Notes: a model not told the origin generated them from the letters alone. A stretch of 64,000 bases of DNA from Acidobacteriota bacterium (GCA_040005235.1 JBDTZG010000009.1:69330-133329), one strand, 5' to 3'; counted from the first letter of the stretch, positions 48,660 to 59,794 are shown. Program-made: numbers and translations.

Positions 48660-49354
48660 GGCAGGGTCGGCCCAGGCACCCGTACCGCCGCGCCGTTGAT
48701 CGCGCGCGCTTCCGGGGTGGTGAGAAACCAGATCGCCTCGGCCACGTCTTCCGTGCGCGCCCAAGCCCCGGGATCGGCGTCGGGCATGCTCGCCCGGTTG
48801 CCGGGGGTGTCCATGGTGCCGGGCAGAACGGCGTTGGCCCGGCCGCCGGAGGGCGCCAGCTCGCGGGCGAGCGATTCGATCATGCGGAGCATCGCGGCTT
48901 TGCAGCCGGCGTAGGCGCCCACGCCCGCCGCCCCTTCGTAGGCGGCGGGGGCGGAGACCGCCACCAGCGAGCCCGCCTTCGCGCGTTCGAACCGGCGCGC
49001 GGCCTCGCGGAAAACGCGGAACGTGGTCTCCAGGTTGAGCGTGATCAGGTAGCTCCAGTCGCGGTCGGAGAGATCGGCGAAACGCGCGTAGCGGAAGCCG
49101 CCGACCAAATGGACGATCGCGCTCGGGATGCCGGAGACCCCCTCTACCTCGTCGAACAGTTTCGTGACCGCCTCGGAATTCGCCAGATCGATCCGCCGGA
49201 CGGCGAGCGTCTCGCTCGGCGCGAGCTGCGCCAGCTCGGCCAGGCCGCCCTCGTTGGCGTCGACCGCCAGGATGCGCGCGCCGCCGGCCAGGAACCGGGC
49301 GACCACGCTTTTCCCCAGAGCGCCCGCGGCACCCGTGATCACGACTCTCGACAT
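48656..49354 (-). CDS. Short-chain dehydrogenase/reductase
   Basis: TGAAGALG, YAGCK and NAVLPG; GGAGG RBS. Confidence 0.92.
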   Translation of the reverse strand: MSRVVITGAAGALGKSVVARFLAGGARILAVDANEGGLAELAQLAPSETLAVRRIDLANSEAVTKLFDEVEGVSGIPSAIVHLVGGFRYARFADLSDRDWSYLITLNLETTFRVFREAARRFERAKAGSLVAVSAPAAYEGAAGVGAYAGCKAAMLRMIESLARELAPSGGRANAVLPGTMDTPGNRASMPDADPGAWARTEDVAEAIWFLTTPEARAINGAAVRVPGPTLP

Positions 49355-49579
49355 GTGGGAGATCCTCCTCGTGCGGTTCCGATCCGAAATCTGTTGACAG
49401 ATTCGACCGAAGGCCTGACGGAACCGGCGCGAAAGAGTACCACGGGGGCAGGGGCTTCGGCTCCCGGCGCGCCCTTTGCTTGCGCGCCGTGGACAGGCCA
49501 ATCAGGCACGTGTTACGTTGCCGCGACTCGACTTGCTCGAACTGAACCCAAAACCCTAGAGAAACCAGCCCTCTTGCCG

Positions 49580-50308
49580 ATGATTCTCGCCTTCCTCCAA
49601 ATGTCTCCGACAACCGCCTCGGCCAGTCCGGGGTTGTTCGATTTCTTCACCGAATCGGGGCCGGTCGCGAAGTTGGTCCTGTTCATCCTGCTCACCTTCT
49701 CGCTCATCTCCTGGTCGGTTCTGATCGGCAAGCTCCGGCAGCTCAACCGAGCGGAGCGGCACAGCCGCGAGTTTCTCGCCCTGTTCCACCAGAGCCAGAA
49801 GTTCAGCGAGGTAAACGCAGCCGCGAGCCGGCTCCAGGCGTCGCCGCTAGTCGGTTTGTTTCAAGCCGGCTACGCCGAGATCGACAGCCAGATCAAGGCC
49901 GCGAACCCGGAAGGGCCGACGGGCGATCGGCGGGGTTTGAAGATCACTTCGCTCCCCTCGCTCGAACGGAGCTTGAAGCGCGCCGCCGGTGTGGAAACCC
50001 AGGCCTTGGCGCGCTGGACGCCGTTTCTCGCCACCACCGCGGGCGCGACACCGTTTATCGGCCTGTTCGGTACAGTCTGGGGAATCATGGTCGCGTTCTC
50101 GCAGATCGGCGCGACCGGTTCGACCTCGATCGTCACCGTGGCCCCGGGCATCGCGGAAGCGTTGATCAACACCGCCGCGGGCCTCGGCGCCGCGATTCCG
50201 GCGTTGATCAGCTACAACTACCTCGCCGGCCGGGTGCGCTCCCTGAAGGGGCGGATGGAAGATTTCGCCCTCGAGCTGTTGAACCTCGCGGAACGAAATT
50301 TCACCTAG
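49580..50308 (+). CDS. tolQ: TolQ/ExbB proton channel
   Basis: PFIGLFGTVWGIM and PGIAEAL..TA.GL; tol-pal gene order. Confidence 0.9.
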   Translation: MILAFLQMSPTTASASPGLFDFFTESGPVAKLVLFILLTFSLISWSVLIGKLRQLNRAERHSREFLALFHQSQKFSEVNAAASRLQASPLVGLFQAGYAEIDSQIKAANPEGPTGDRRGLKITSLPSLERSLKRAAGVETQALARWTPFLATTAGATPFIGLFGTVWGIMVAFSQIGATGSTSIVTVAPGIAEALINTAAGLGAAIPALISYNYLAGRVRSLKGRMEDFALELLNLAERNFT

Positions 50309-50342
50309 GCGCTTCTAAGGCTCCCGAGAGAAACCGACCGCG

Positions 50343-50807
50343 ATGGCATTCCAACTCGGCGAACCGGAAGAGGACGGCCTGCTGGCCGACATCAACGTCA
50401 CCCCCCTGGTCGACGTGATGCTCGTGCTGCTGATCATCTTCATGGTCGCGGCCCCGATGCTCCACCAGGGGATCGAAGTGAAACTTCCTCAGGCAAGCGC
50501 GCAGAATTTGCCGCTCCGGGTGGAAGATCCGCTCGTCCTGTCGATCCGCCGCGACGGCCTGCTCTACCTGCGCGAGACGCCGGTGGCGAAAGACGCGGTG
50601 GTGGGGGCGGTCCAGTCCGAGATCGCCGCCAAGGGGGATGCCTCGGTGTTCCTCAAAGGGGACCGCGACGTCCCGTACGGCCAGGTGATCGAGGTGCTCG
50701 ACCTGCTGTACCGCGGCGGCATTCAGAACGTCGGCCTGGTGACCGAACCGAGCGGGCGCACTCCGCGCGAAGCCCGCGACCCGAAGGCCCGCGGCGGCGC
50801 GGGCTGA
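50343..50807 (+). CDS. tolR: TolR/ExbD
   Basis: INVTPLVDVMLVLLIIFMV. Confidence 0.9.
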   Translation: MAFQLGEPEEDGLLADINVTPLVDVMLVLLIIFMVAAPMLHQGIEVKLPQASAQNLPLRVEDPLVLSIRRDGLLYLRETPVAKDAVVGAVQSEIAAKGDASVFLKGDRDVPYGQVIEVLDLLYRGGIQNVGLVTEPSGRTPREARDPKARGGAG

Positions 50808-50820
50808 GGAGGACGAGAGC

Positions 50821-51729
50821 GTGGCCAAGGACGCCGTCGACCGAGTGCTCGCCGAGCGCGGCCAAGCCGCCGAGCGGTCGCGTCGCGCCGAGATCGCCGC
50901 TCTCTCCGTCGCCGCACTCCTTCACCTCGGGGTGGTCGCGGTGGCCTTTGGCCTCGCCCACTTGAAGCCGCATCAGGAACCGATCGAGTTCATCGCCGCC
51001 CAGATCGTCCCCGCCCAAGCCCTCGGCGTCGAAAAGCCGCGGAAACGGGCCGAGGCGCCGAAACCCGCACCACCTGCTCCGGTCACCGAACCTGCGGCGG
51101 AGCCCGAACCCGAGCCGCCGGCCCCCGAGCCCGAGCCGGTGCAGCAACCGGTGCCGCCGCCGGTTCCGACCGGGCCGCTCCCCCGTCCGAAAGGCTGGAA
51201 CGATCCGCCGCCCGCGGCGGCCCCGGCAAAGCCCACGGCGACTCCCGCGCCGACGAAACCCGCCGCCCCGACGACGCCGCCGGCCAAGCCACCCGCGCCC
51301 GTCAAGCCGCCCACACCCGCCAAACCGGGCACTGGCACCGGCGCGCCGGGGCCGGGCGCCGACGTGGCCAAGGGCACCGAGGCCGGACCCCGCGGGTCCT
51401 CGGCCGGTACCGCGGCCGGAACTTCGCCTTTCGGAGATCGGATCGCCTCGATCGATCCGGATTTCACCTACGGCTACTACATCGAGCAGCTGCTGCGGCA
51501 GATCGACGCCATGTGGACGCGGCCGCAGGCGGGGACCAATATCCGGACCATCGTCCGCTTTCGCATTCTGCGCCGAGGCGACATCGACCAGCTCGCCATC
51601 GCCGAGTCGTCCGGCATCAACGCGTTCGATCTGGCCGCCTTGCGCGCGGTCCAGAACGCGTCGCCGTTTCCGCCGCTGCCCGCGAGCTACCGCAATCCAA
51701 CGCTCAACGTGACTCTGATCGTCCGCTGA
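50821..51729 (+). CDS. TolA/TonB-family energy transducer
   Basis: N-terminal transmembrane helix with His, Pro-rich linker and C-terminal SSG..FD.AA.RAV domain. Confidence 0.88.
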   Translation: MAKDAVDRVLAERGQAAERSRRAEIAALSVAALLHLGVVAVAFGLAHLKPHQEPIEFIAAQIVPAQALGVEKPRKRAEAPKPAPPAPVTEPAAEPEPEPPAPEPEPVQQPVPPPVPTGPLPRPKGWNDPPPAAAPAKPTATPAPTKPAAPTTPPAKPPAPVKPPTPAKPGTGTGAPGPGADVAKGTEAGPRGSSAGTAAGTSPFGDRIASIDPDFTYGYYIEQLLRQIDAMWTRPQAGTNIRTIVRFRILRRGDIDQLAIAESSGINAFDLAALRAVQNASPFPPLPASYRNPTLNVTLIVR

Positions 51730-51740
51730 TTCGAGGTGCC

Positions 51741-53120
51741 ATGACCACCCGCCGATTCGTCGCGCTCTCCCTGCCGTTGCTGGCTCTTCTTGGCACGGCA
51801 CTGATTCGCGCCCAAAGCCCGACTCCTCCATCTCCGTCGCCCGCCCCGCCGACAGGCGTTGCACCCACGCCGCCGAGCCAGCCGAACGAAGTGACGCTGG
51901 AGCTTTCCCGCAACCAGAGGGCGAAGATCCGCTTGGCGATCCCGAAATACGCCGCCACCGGATTCGCCGCTGCGGCCGGCTCCGCAGCCGGCAACGAGCT
52001 CGAAACCACCGTGCGCCGCGATCTCGATTTCTCCGGCTATTTCGACATCCAAGGCCCCGAGCAGCTCGCCGGGCTCACCCTCACCGGCGACCTGCTGCGC
52101 GATCGCGATGTCTACCGCTCGGCCGGCAGCGAGGTGCTGCTCGCCGGGGATCTCCGCGAAGAGCAGGGCAAGGTGGTGTTCGAAGGTCGTCTGTTCGATC
52201 TCAAAAGCGGCCAGTCGATCCTAGCCAAGCGCTACCGCGGCAGCTTCGCCACCGCCCGGCGGATCGGCCACACGTTCGCCGACGAGGTGATCCGCTATTT
52301 GACCGGCGGCGCGGGCTTCGCGCTCTCCGAGATCACCTACGTCTCCGAACGCGGCAAGATCAAAGAGATCTGGCTGATGGATTACGACGGCGGCAACCCC
52401 CGGCCGCTCACCGGCCACCGCTCGACCTCGATGTCTCCGGCCTGGAACCACGCGGGCGACGGCATCGCCTACACCTCGTTCGTCAATGGCCCGCCGGGGG
52501 TCTACTTCGCCGAGGTCGCCTCGGGCAAGAAACGGCCGCTGGTCACTTCGGGCTCGCTCAACATCTCCCCGTCGTTTGCGCCGGACGGCGCGCGGCTGGC
52601 GATCTCCCGCTCGGTGGGCGGCAACATCGAGATCTTCTCGTCCGATACGTCCGGCGGCAATTTGCGGCGGCTGACCCAGTCGGCCGCGATCGACACCAGC
52701 CCCGCCTGGAGCCCGAAAGGGGGCACGATCGCCTTCACCTCCAGCCGGGCCGGCAATCCGCAGATCTACCTGATGGACGAGGAAGGGGCGAGTCAGCGCC
52801 GCCTGACGTTCGAGGGGAGCTACAACGACGGCGCCGCCTGGAGCCCGGACGGTTCGGAGGTCACCTACGCCACCCGGCGCGACGGACGGTTCCAGATCGC
52901 GGTGACCAACATCGTGAGTCAGGAGACCCGCGTGATCACTTCCGGGCCAGGCGAAAACGAGTCCCCGACCTTCTCGCCCGACGGCCGGAAGATCGCGTTC
53001 ACCTCGCGGCGCTCTGGCACCAAGCAGATCTACGTGATAGACGCCGTGGACGGTGCGAACGTGCGCCAAGTGACCACCGAAGGAAGCAACGACATGGCCG
53101 ACTGGTCGCGGCCGAAGTAA
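51741..53120 (+). CDS. tolB: TolB
   Basis: TolB N-terminal domain and PD40 (PAWSP.G) repeats. Confidence 0.92.
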   Translation: MTTRRFVALSLPLLALLGTALIRAQSPTPPSPSPAPPTGVAPTPPSQPNEVTLELSRNQRAKIRLAIPKYAATGFAAAAGSAAGNELETTVRRDLDFSGYFDIQGPEQLAGLTLTGDLLRDRDVYRSAGSEVLLAGDLREEQGKVVFEGRLFDLKSGQSILAKRYRGSFATARRIGHTFADEVIRYLTGGAGFALSEITYVSERGKIKEIWLMDYDGGNPRPLTGHRSTSMSPAWNHAGDGIAYTSFVNGPPGVYFAEVASGKKRPLVTSGSLNISPSFAPDGARLAISRSVGGNIEIFSSDTSGGNLRRLTQSAAIDTSPAWSPKGGTIAFTSSRAGNPQIYLMDEEGASQRRLTFEGSYNDGAAWSPDGSEVTYATRRDGRFQIAVTNIVSQETRVITSGPGENESPTFSPDGRKIAFTSRRSGTKQIYVIDAVDGANVRQVTTEGSNDMADWSRPK

Positions 53121-53194
53121 GCGGCCTGGGCTCGAAGCGGTATACTCGGGAAATTCATGATTTGCCACTGCCAGCCCCTCAAGGAGAAATTCAT

Positions 53195-53788
53195 ATGAAC
53201 CGCAAAGCCCTCACCTGCCTGATCCTGGCCGCAGCGATGTTGCCAATGTTCGGCTGCCCGAAAAAGAAGCCCGTCACCCCCGCGCAGGACCTGAACGTCG
53301 ACACCACGACCGTCCAGCCGATGGCGCCCGGCGCACCGGCCACCGACGTGCCGGAGCCGATGGCGCCGAAGGTCGATGACCAGATCGAGGACCGCCTGCT
53401 CTCCGCGGACCTCCAGGTCGTCAACGACGAGCTTCGCCGCCGCGGTTTCGCCGCCGACGCTTACTTCCAATACGACGAGGCTTCGCTTTCCGACGAAACG
53501 CGCGACCGTCTGTCGAAGAACGCCGACCTCTTGAAGAGCGCGCCGCAGCTCGTGCTGATCATTGAGGGCCATGCCGACGAGCGAGGCACCAACGAGTACA
53601 ACCTGGCCCTGGGCGAGCGTCGCGCCAACGCGGCAAAGGACTACCTCACCTCGCTCGGCGTGGCCGACGGGCGCCTGCGCACCCTCTCCTACGGCGAGGA
53701 GCGGCCGGCCTGCACCGAGAGCGAAGAGAGCTGCTGGGCGCAGAACCGCCGCGCCCACATGGTCGTCACCGGTCGTTCGAATGGCTGA
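53195..53788 (+). CDS. pal: Peptidoglycan-associated lipoprotein
   Basis: Lipobox FGC; EGHADERGT.EYN.ALGERRA. Confidence 0.95.
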   Translation: MNRKALTCLILAAAMLPMFGCPKKKPVTPAQDLNVDTTTVQPMAPGAPATDVPEPMAPKVDDQIEDRLLSADLQVVNDELRRRGFAADAYFQYDEASLSDETRDRLSKNADLLKSAPQLVLIIEGHADERGTNEYNLALGERRANAAKDYLTSLGVADGRLRTLSYGEERPACTESEESCWAQNRRAHMVVTGRSNG

Positions 53789-53795
53789 GGCGCCG

Positions 53796-54620
53796 ATGAG
53801 AGCGGCGCGCGGCCTTCTCTCCTCTATCCTGCTGGCGGCTTTGGCCGCCAGCGGGTGCGTCTCGACCGAGGACATCCAGGGGATTCAGACCCAGATCTCC
53901 GACGTCCAGCGCCAGCTGCAGCAGATGCAGCAACTGGCGCCGAGCAAGACCGACGTCGGCAATCTCGAAGTCTCGATGGGCAAGCAGATGGATTCGCTGC
54001 TCAAGACCGAAGCCGACATGCAGGTGAAGCTCCAGGATCTGACCGGCCAGATCGAGGTGCTTCAGGCAAAGCTTGAGGACACCACCTATCGCCTGTCCCA
54101 GCTGTCGCAGCAGATCGCCTCGACGAACCAGGAGCTGAAGACCTTCCGCCCCGCCCCGGCGCCGGCGCCCAATCCGGGCGTTTCGGCGGATCCCAACTTC
54201 GGAGTCCCCCCGCCGGTCTCGGCGCCCCCCGCGGGCGCTGGAGCCGATCCGAAGGCGCTGTACGACGGGGCGTACAACGATTACCTCAAAGGTAGCTACG
54301 ACCTGTCGATCCGGGAGTTCCAGGAGTACCTGCAGAACTTCCCCGACACCGACCTCGCCGACAACGCGACCTATTGGATCGGCGAATGCTGGTATCGACA
54401 GAAGAAATACCGCCAGGCGGTCGAGCAGTACGACCAGATGCTCTCCCGCTACCCCAAGAGCGACAAAGCCGCGAGCGCCACGCTCAAGAAGGGTTACAGC
54501 TACATCGAGCTGGGCGAAAAGACCAAGGGCCTCCTCCAGCTCCAGCGCGTGGTGCGTGATTTCCCGGCGAGCGACGAGGCGAACCTGGCCCGCCAGCGCC
54601 TGCGCGAGCTGGGCGGTTGA
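53796..54620 (+). CDS. cpoB: Tol-Pal protein CpoB/YbgF
   Basis: Coiled coil followed by TPR (NA.YWIGE); alternative start at 53781. Confidence 0.9.
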   Translation: MRAARGLLSSILLAALAASGCVSTEDIQGIQTQISDVQRQLQQMQQLAPSKTDVGNLEVSMGKQMDSLLKTEADMQVKLQDLTGQIEVLQAKLEDTTYRLSQLSQQIASTNQELKTFRPAPAPAPNPGVSADPNFGVPPPVSAPPAGAGADPKALYDGAYNDYLKGSYDLSIREFQEYLQNFPDTDLADNATYWIGECWYRQKKYRQAVEQYDQMLSRYPKSDKAASATLKKGYSYIELGEKTKGLLQLQRVVRDFPASDEANLARQRLRELGG

Positions 54621-54767
54621 CCCTGAGGTTTGACCTCAGATGGGCCTTTGTGCTAAAAACTCCTCAAGTCGCACTGCGGTGCGACTTTCTTTTTGACCCG
54701 ACGTTTTTCGACTCCAAGCTAACAGCGACCGGCCTCTGCGGTCTAACGAACGGATGCGACGAAGGAT

Positions 54768-55034
54768 ATGGCGAATACCAAGTCGGCGGAAAAGCGGAAT
54801 CGGCAGAACGTAGCGAACCGTGAGCGCAATCGTGGTCATCGCTCGAAGATGCGCACGGCGATCAAGAAGCTGCGCACCGCGGTCGAAGGCGGCGACGCCA
54901 AGACGGCCCAGCAGCTCCTCACCGCAACGCTCGGCCTGATCGACGTGACGGCGAAGAAGAAGGTGATCCACACCAACACCGCTTCCCGCTACAAGTCCCG
55001 CCTCACCCGCGCCGTCTCCGGCCTCCAGGCGTAA
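54768..55034 (+). CDS. rpsT: 30S ribosomal protein S20
   Basis: [10 protein letters not shown]...IH.N.ASR.KSRL. Confidence 0.98.
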   Translation: MANTKSAEKRNRQNVANRERNRGHRSKMRTAIKKLRTAVEGGDAKTAQQLLTATLGLIDVTAKKKVIHTNTASRYKSRLTRAVSGLQA

Positions 55035-55069
55035 CGCCTTCCCCGTCGGGTCCTTCCGACGAGGTCATG

Positions 55070-55095
55070 AAGCCCTTCGATCTCGGAGGGCTTTT
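55070..55095 (+). terminator. Intrinsic terminator after rpsT
   Basis: AAGCCCTTCG-ATCT-CGGAGGGCTT stem followed by T residues. Confidence 0.7.
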
Positions 55096-55148
55096 GGCGT
55101 TTCTGGGGCTGCGAAATTCCCCCGCCCCCGTGGCGGTTAGCCTTCCCG

Positions 55149-55904
55149 ATGTCCTCCCCCGCCAGTCCTCCGTCCCCTCCCCCCGTTCCGGTCCTGGAGC
55201 TGCGCGACGTCACGCGCACGTTCGAGGAGGGGGGCCGCTCGCGCTCGGTGTTGCGGGGAGCGAACGCCATCGTCCAGCGCGGGGAGATCGCGGTTGTTAC
55301 CGGGCGGAGCGGTTCGGGAAAATCGACGCTGCTCCACCTGATCGCGGGAATCGACCGGCCGACGGCGGGGGACGTGCTGCTGGAAGGGGTCTCGGTGCCG
55401 AAGCTTTCGGAGCACGAGCGGACGCTTCTCCGGCGGCGGCGGATCGGGTTCGTGTTCCAGTTCTTCAATCTGATTCCGACGTTGACGGTCGAGGAGAACC
55501 TGCGGCTGCCGCTGGAGCTGGCGGGTCAGACGTCTCCCGCCGATTTTGAGCGGGCACGGGCGCTGCTCGCGGAAGTCGGCCTCGGCGATCGGGGCGGGTC
55601 TTTCCCCGACCGTCTGTCGGGGGGCGAGCAGCAGCGGGTCGCGGTGGCGCGCGCTTTGGTGCACGACCCGGCGGTCGTGCTTGCCGATGAGCCGACCGGC
55701 AATTTGGATTTGGAAACGGGACTCCAGGTTTTGGAGCTTCTGGATCGCCTGACCCGCCGCGCGGGGAAGACTCTGATCATGGTGACCCACAGCCGCGAGG
55801 TGATCGGCCTCGCCGATCGACTGTTCCAGCTGGACGAGGGGCGCCTGCTGGAGAACACCGAAAGCGGCGGGCGCGGCCCGGCCGAGGACACCGGGGCCTC
55901 TTGA
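55149..55904 (+). CDS. ABC transporter ATPase (LolD/MacB-like)
   Basis: [16 protein letters not shown] and ADEPTGNLD. Confidence 0.95.
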   Translation: MSSPASPPSPPPVPVLELRDVTRTFEEGGRSRSVLRGANAIVQRGEIAVVTGRSGSGKSTLLHLIAGIDRPTAGDVLLEGVSVPKLSEHERTLLRRRRIGFVFQFFNLIPTLTVEENLRLPLELAGQTSPADFERARALLAEVGLGDRGGSFPDRLSGGEQQRVAVARALVHDPAVVLADEPTGNLDLETGLQVLELLDRLTRRAGKTLIMVTHSREVIGLADRLFQLDEGRLLENTESGGRGPAEDTGAS

Positions 55905-58510
55905 GCCGATCCGCCTCCGCCGCTCCACCGCGCGCACCGCTGCTTGCGCGGGCGAGCCGGCGCCACCTGGCTCGCCACCCCTGGCAGCTCGCGCTGGCGG
56001 TACTCGGCGTGGCGCTCGGGGTAGCGGTGTTCGTTTCGATCGATCTGGCGAACCAGAGTGCCAAGAAAGCGCTCTCGCTGTCGCTCGGCGCGCTTCAAGG
56101 CAAAGCAACCCACGAGATCGTCGCGAGCGCGCCGGAGGGCATTCCCGAGGAGCTGTTCGTCCGGCTGGTCCAGTCGGGGGTGCGGCCCGCCGCGCCGGTG
56201 ATCGAGGCGACGGCGATCGTGGCTCCTAAGGGTCCGAAAGCCCGCGGTGCCAAGCCCGAGGCGCTGCCGCTGCTCGGCATCGATCCGTTTTCCGAGGCGC
56301 CGTTCCGGCCAGTGGTCGGTCGGATCGCCGGAGGCGGGCTCGACCTTAAATCTTTTCTCACCGTTCCCGGCTCCTGCCTGATCGCCCGGCGGACCGCCGA
56401 GCGATTGGGCCTTTCGGCCGGCGAGCGTTTCGCCGCCCGCTTCGGCGCGTTCGAACGCCGGCTGCTGCTCTCCGGCGTGCTCGAACCGGCACCGGGAGAA
56501 GATCCCTCCTCCCTCGCCGACCTGTTGATCTGCGACCTCGCGACGGCCCAGGAGGCAACCGGCCGGCTCGGGCGCCTCACCCGGATCGATCTCGCTCTGC
56601 CGGAAGGCGCCGAAGGAGCCCGCGAGCTGGCTCGCGTGCGCGCTCTCCTGCCCCCTGGAATCCAAATCCAGGAGGCCGCGGGCCGGTTGCGCGAGGGGGA
56701 CGAGATGACTCGCGCGTTCCGGATGAACCTGCGGGCGTTGTCGCTGCTCGCACTGGTTTGCGGCACGTTCCTGATTTACAACACGATGACGTTTCTGGTC
56801 GTCGAGCGGCGGCGGCTGATCGGCCTGCTGCGCGCGCTCGGAGCGACGCGGCGCGAGATCTTCCGCGGCGTGCTCGGGGAAGCGGCGGTGATCGGCGCGG
56901 TCGGCACAACTTTAGGTCTCGGTGTCGGCGTGATCCTCGGCCGTGGCCTGGTGCGGCTGGTCGCAGGAACGATCAACGATCTTTATTTCGCCTTGAGCGT
57001 GAGAGATCTAGCGCTGCCGCCGCTGACGTTCGCGACCGGGATCGCCGTAGGCCTGGGGGTCACCCTGCTCGCCGCCCTCCCCCCCGCGCTCGAAGCGACC
57101 GGCACGCCGCCGCAGGGGGCGATGACCCGCTCGCTGCTCGAAGCGAAGAGCGGCCGCGCTCTCCTTCGCGCGAGCGGAGCCGGCGTGCTCTGCCTGGCGC
57201 TCGGAGCGCTCGCGCTGCCGTTCCCCGGCTGGGTTTCCTCGTTCCTCGTGATGTTCGGCGCAATCATCGGTTTCGCTCTGCTCGCTCCCGGCGCCGCGGT
57301 GCTGCTCGGCCGGGCGCTCCGCGCCGCCCTGGGCCGAAGCACCGGCCGGTTCGGATGGATCGGCCGGATGGCCGCCACGGGGCTCGAACGGAACCTCTCT
57401 CGCACGGGGGTGGCGGTCGCGGCGCTGGTGGTCGCGGTTTCGGTCACCGTCGGAGTGGGCGCGATGATCGCGAGCTTTCGCGGCAGCGTCGAGCGCTGGC
57501 TGGACCGGTCGCTCACTGCGGACCTTTACGTCGGCCCCGCCGAGCGCGAGGCGGGATTCGTCGGCTCGTCGCGCCCGGGGGATTGGATCGCCCGGCTCGG
57601 CGCGATTCCGGGCGTGGTACGGGTTCACCCGCTGCGCCGGGCGGAGGCGGCTTCGCCCAAAAAAGGCGCCGGAACGGTCCGCCTGATCGCCGTCGAAGGG
57701 GACCCGGCGGCGACGGTGATTCGCCAGGGAGACCCCAAAAGCGCCTGGGCGGGCTTTGCGCGCGGCGAGATTCTCGCCTCCGAGCCGCTCGCCTCCCGGC
57801 TGGGCTTGCAGGTCGGCTCGACGCTGCCGCTCGCGACGGCCGAAGGGGTCAAATCCTTTCGCGTCGCGGGGATCTACCTCGACTACGCCAGCGATCGCGG
57901 CATCGCGATGATCGATCGCGAACACTACCGGAGGCTCTGGCACGACGACCGGGTCTCCGGATTCGGGCTCGATCTGCCTCCCGGGGCATCCGACGCCGAG
58001 CTGGATCGGGTGGCCCTGGCCGTCCGCACGCTCGACAGGCAAGCGCCGCTCGGCGTGCGCAGCAACAAGGAGCTGCGCCGCCGCTCGCTCGTGGTGTTCG
58101 ATCGGACGTTCAAGATCACCGGCGTGCTCCGCTTTCTCGCCGGGTTGGTAGCATTCCTGGGGGTGCTCTCGGCGCTTCTCGCGCTCCAGCTCGAGCGAAC
58201 CCGAGAGATCGGCGTACTGCGCGCCCTCGGGCTGACCACCCGCGAGGTGGGCGCGCTGGTCGCCGCGGAAACCGGCCTGCTCGGGCTCTCGGCCGGGCTG
58301 CTTTCGATTCCGGTCGGCTTCGTGCTCGCCCTGATCCTGATCGAGGTGATCAACCGCCGCTCGTTCGGCTGGAGCATGGATCTGGTGCTGGACGCCGGCG
58401 TCTTCGCGGGCGCCGTGGCGCTTTCCTTAACCGCCGCGCTGCTCGCCGGGGTGGTGCCGGCGATCAAGATGGCGCGCACCTCGCCGGCCGAGGCGTTGCG
58501 CGAGGAATGA
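55901..58510 (+). CDS. FtsX/MacB-like ABC permease (AttF/G-like)
   Basis: Two FtsX units (IG.LRALG) and INRRSFGW; TTG start overlaps the ATPase stop. Confidence 0.92.
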   Translation: MSRSASAAPPRAPLLARASRRHLARHPWQLALAVLGVALGVAVFVSIDLANQSAKKALSLSLGALQGKATHEIVASAPEGIPEELFVRLVQSGVRPAAPVIEATAIVAPKGPKARGAKPEALPLLGIDPFSEAPFRPVVGRIAGGGLDLKSFLTVPGSCLIARRTAERLGLSAGERFAARFGAFERRLLLSGVLEPAPGEDPSSLADLLICDLATAQEATGRLGRLTRIDLALPEGAEGARELARVRALLPPGIQIQEAAGRLREGDEMTRAFRMNLRALSLLALVCGTFLIYNTMTFLVVERRRLIGLLRALGATRREIFRGVLGEAAVIGAVGTTLGLGVGVILGRGLVRLVAGTINDLYFALSVRDLALPPLTFATGIAVGLGVTLLAALPPALEATGTPPQGAMTRSLLEAKSGRALLRASGAGVLCLALGALALPFPGWVSSFLVMFGAIIGFALLAPGAAVLLGRALRAALGRSTGRFGWIGRMAATGLERNLSRTGVAVAALVVAVSVTVGVGAMIASFRGSVERWLDRSLTADLYVGPAEREAGFVGSSRPGDWIARLGAIPGVVRVHPLRRAEAASPKKGAGTVRLIAVEGDPAATVIRQGDPKSAWAGFARGEILASEPLASRLGLQVGSTLPLATAEGVKSFRVAGIYLDYASDRGIAMIDREHYRRLWHDDRVSGFGLDLPPGASDAELDRVALAVRTLDRQAPLGVRSNKELRRRSLVVFDRTFKITGVLRFLAGLVAFLGVLSALLALQLERTREIGVLRALGLTTREVGALVAAETGLLGLSAGLLSIPVGFVLALILIEVINRRSFGWSMDLVLDAGVFAGAVALSLTAALLAGVVPAIKMARTSPAEALREE

Positions 58511-59709
58511 GATCGATGAAGCGCCTCGTTCTTCTCGTGCTCGCCCTCCTGTTCGCTCTTCAACTGGCCGCCTGCGGGGATCGTTCACCCGAGCCTCCGC
58601 GCCCCGAAGGACGAGGGGTGGCTTCCGCTCTCTCTGCCGGATCTACGGCGAGCGACGGAGGATTCGCCCGGGCGCTCGCGCCGCGAACATTTTCCTTTCC
58701 GGCCGACCATGGGCCGCATCCCGAGTTTCGCACCGAGTGGTGGTACGTGACCGGCAATCTCGCGACACCCGGGGGGCGTCCGTTCGGATTCCAGTGGACG
58801 ATCTTCCGCCAGGCGCTCTCTCCCTATCCCGCGGCGCGCGTTTCGAAATGGGCCACCCGCGACGTCTATCTCGGCCACTTCGCGGTGTCGGATCTCTCCG
58901 GCGGCCCTTCCGGATTCCGTTCGTTCGAACGGTTCCGGCGCGGTGCCCTGGGGTTGGCAGAAGCCCACGCCGCGCCGTTCCGAGTGGCACTCGACGATTG
59001 GACGTTCGAAAGCCTTTCCCCCGGCGCCGGAACCTGGCCGGCGCGCCTGCGGGCGGCCGCCGGAATTGGAGAGGAGGCTCGGGCGATCGACCTCACGCTC
59101 GATGCCGCAGGGCCGCCGGTGTTGGAAGGCGACCGCGGGCTGTCGAAGAAAGGCCCTGCGCCGCGCAACGCGAGCTACTACTACTCGCTCCCCCGCATGC
59201 CGGCGCGGGGCGAGATCCGCATCGGCGGTCAAAGCTTCAAGGTCTCGGGCCTCGCTTGGCTCGACCGCGAATGGAGCACCGGCGGCCTGGCACCCGGCTT
59301 GGTCGGCTGGGACTGGTTCGCGCTCCAGCTCTCAGACGGCCACGAGATGATGCTCTACCGGCTGCGCAAGCGGGACGGAACGGCGTCCCCGGAGAGCCGC
59401 GGCACTCTGATTCTCCCTGATGGCACGACCCGGCCAATCGAATGGCGGGATCTGTCCCTCGACGAGAACGCTACTTGGACCAGCCCGAAGACGGGGGGCC
59501 GCTATCCCGCGGCCTGGCGGATTCGCATTCCAGGGGAGCGGCTCGATCTCACCATCCGGACACGACTTGCCGATCAGGAGCTCCTCGGGTCGTTCCGCTA
59601 CTGGGAGGGCGCGGTCGCAGTCGCCGGTACCCGGGCGGGCCGCCCCATCTCCGGCAACGGGTACGTCGAGCTGACCGGCTATGCGGATGCCGCGGCGCCG
59701 CCGCGCTGA
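58507..59709 (+). CDS. AttH / CrtC-like lipocalin-fold lipoprotein
   Basis: LAAC lipobox; FPADHGPHPEFRTEWWY, WLDREWS, YWEG and GYVELTGY. Confidence 0.9.
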   Translation: MRSMKRLVLLVLALLFALQLAACGDRSPEPPRPEGRGVASALSAGSTASDGGFARALAPRTFSFPADHGPHPEFRTEWWYVTGNLATPGGRPFGFQWTIFRQALSPYPAARVSKWATRDVYLGHFAVSDLSGGPSGFRSFERFRRGALGLAEAHAAPFRVALDDWTFESLSPGAGTWPARLRAAAGIGEEARAIDLTLDAAGPPVLEGDRGLSKKGPAPRNASYYYSLPRMPARGEIRIGGQSFKVSGLAWLDREWSTGGLAPGLVGWDWFALQLSDGHEMMLYRLRKRDGTASPESRGTLILPDGTTRPIEWRDLSLDENATWTSPKTGGRYPAAWRIRIPGERLDLTIRTRLADQELLGSFRYWEGAVAVAGTRAGRPISGNGYVELTGYADAAAPPR

Positions 59710-59794
59710 TCTCCCTCCCCGAACGCAGCACCCGCCTGGTAGAGTTCAGCCACGTACTGCGGGCTTTGGCCCGACTCTTCCGAGGAGCCCGATC

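Noticed and set aside
56758-58506. 983-aa ORF as a fusion protein
   Set aside because: The upstream part is an off-frame shadow of the permease; the AttH-like gene starts at 58507.
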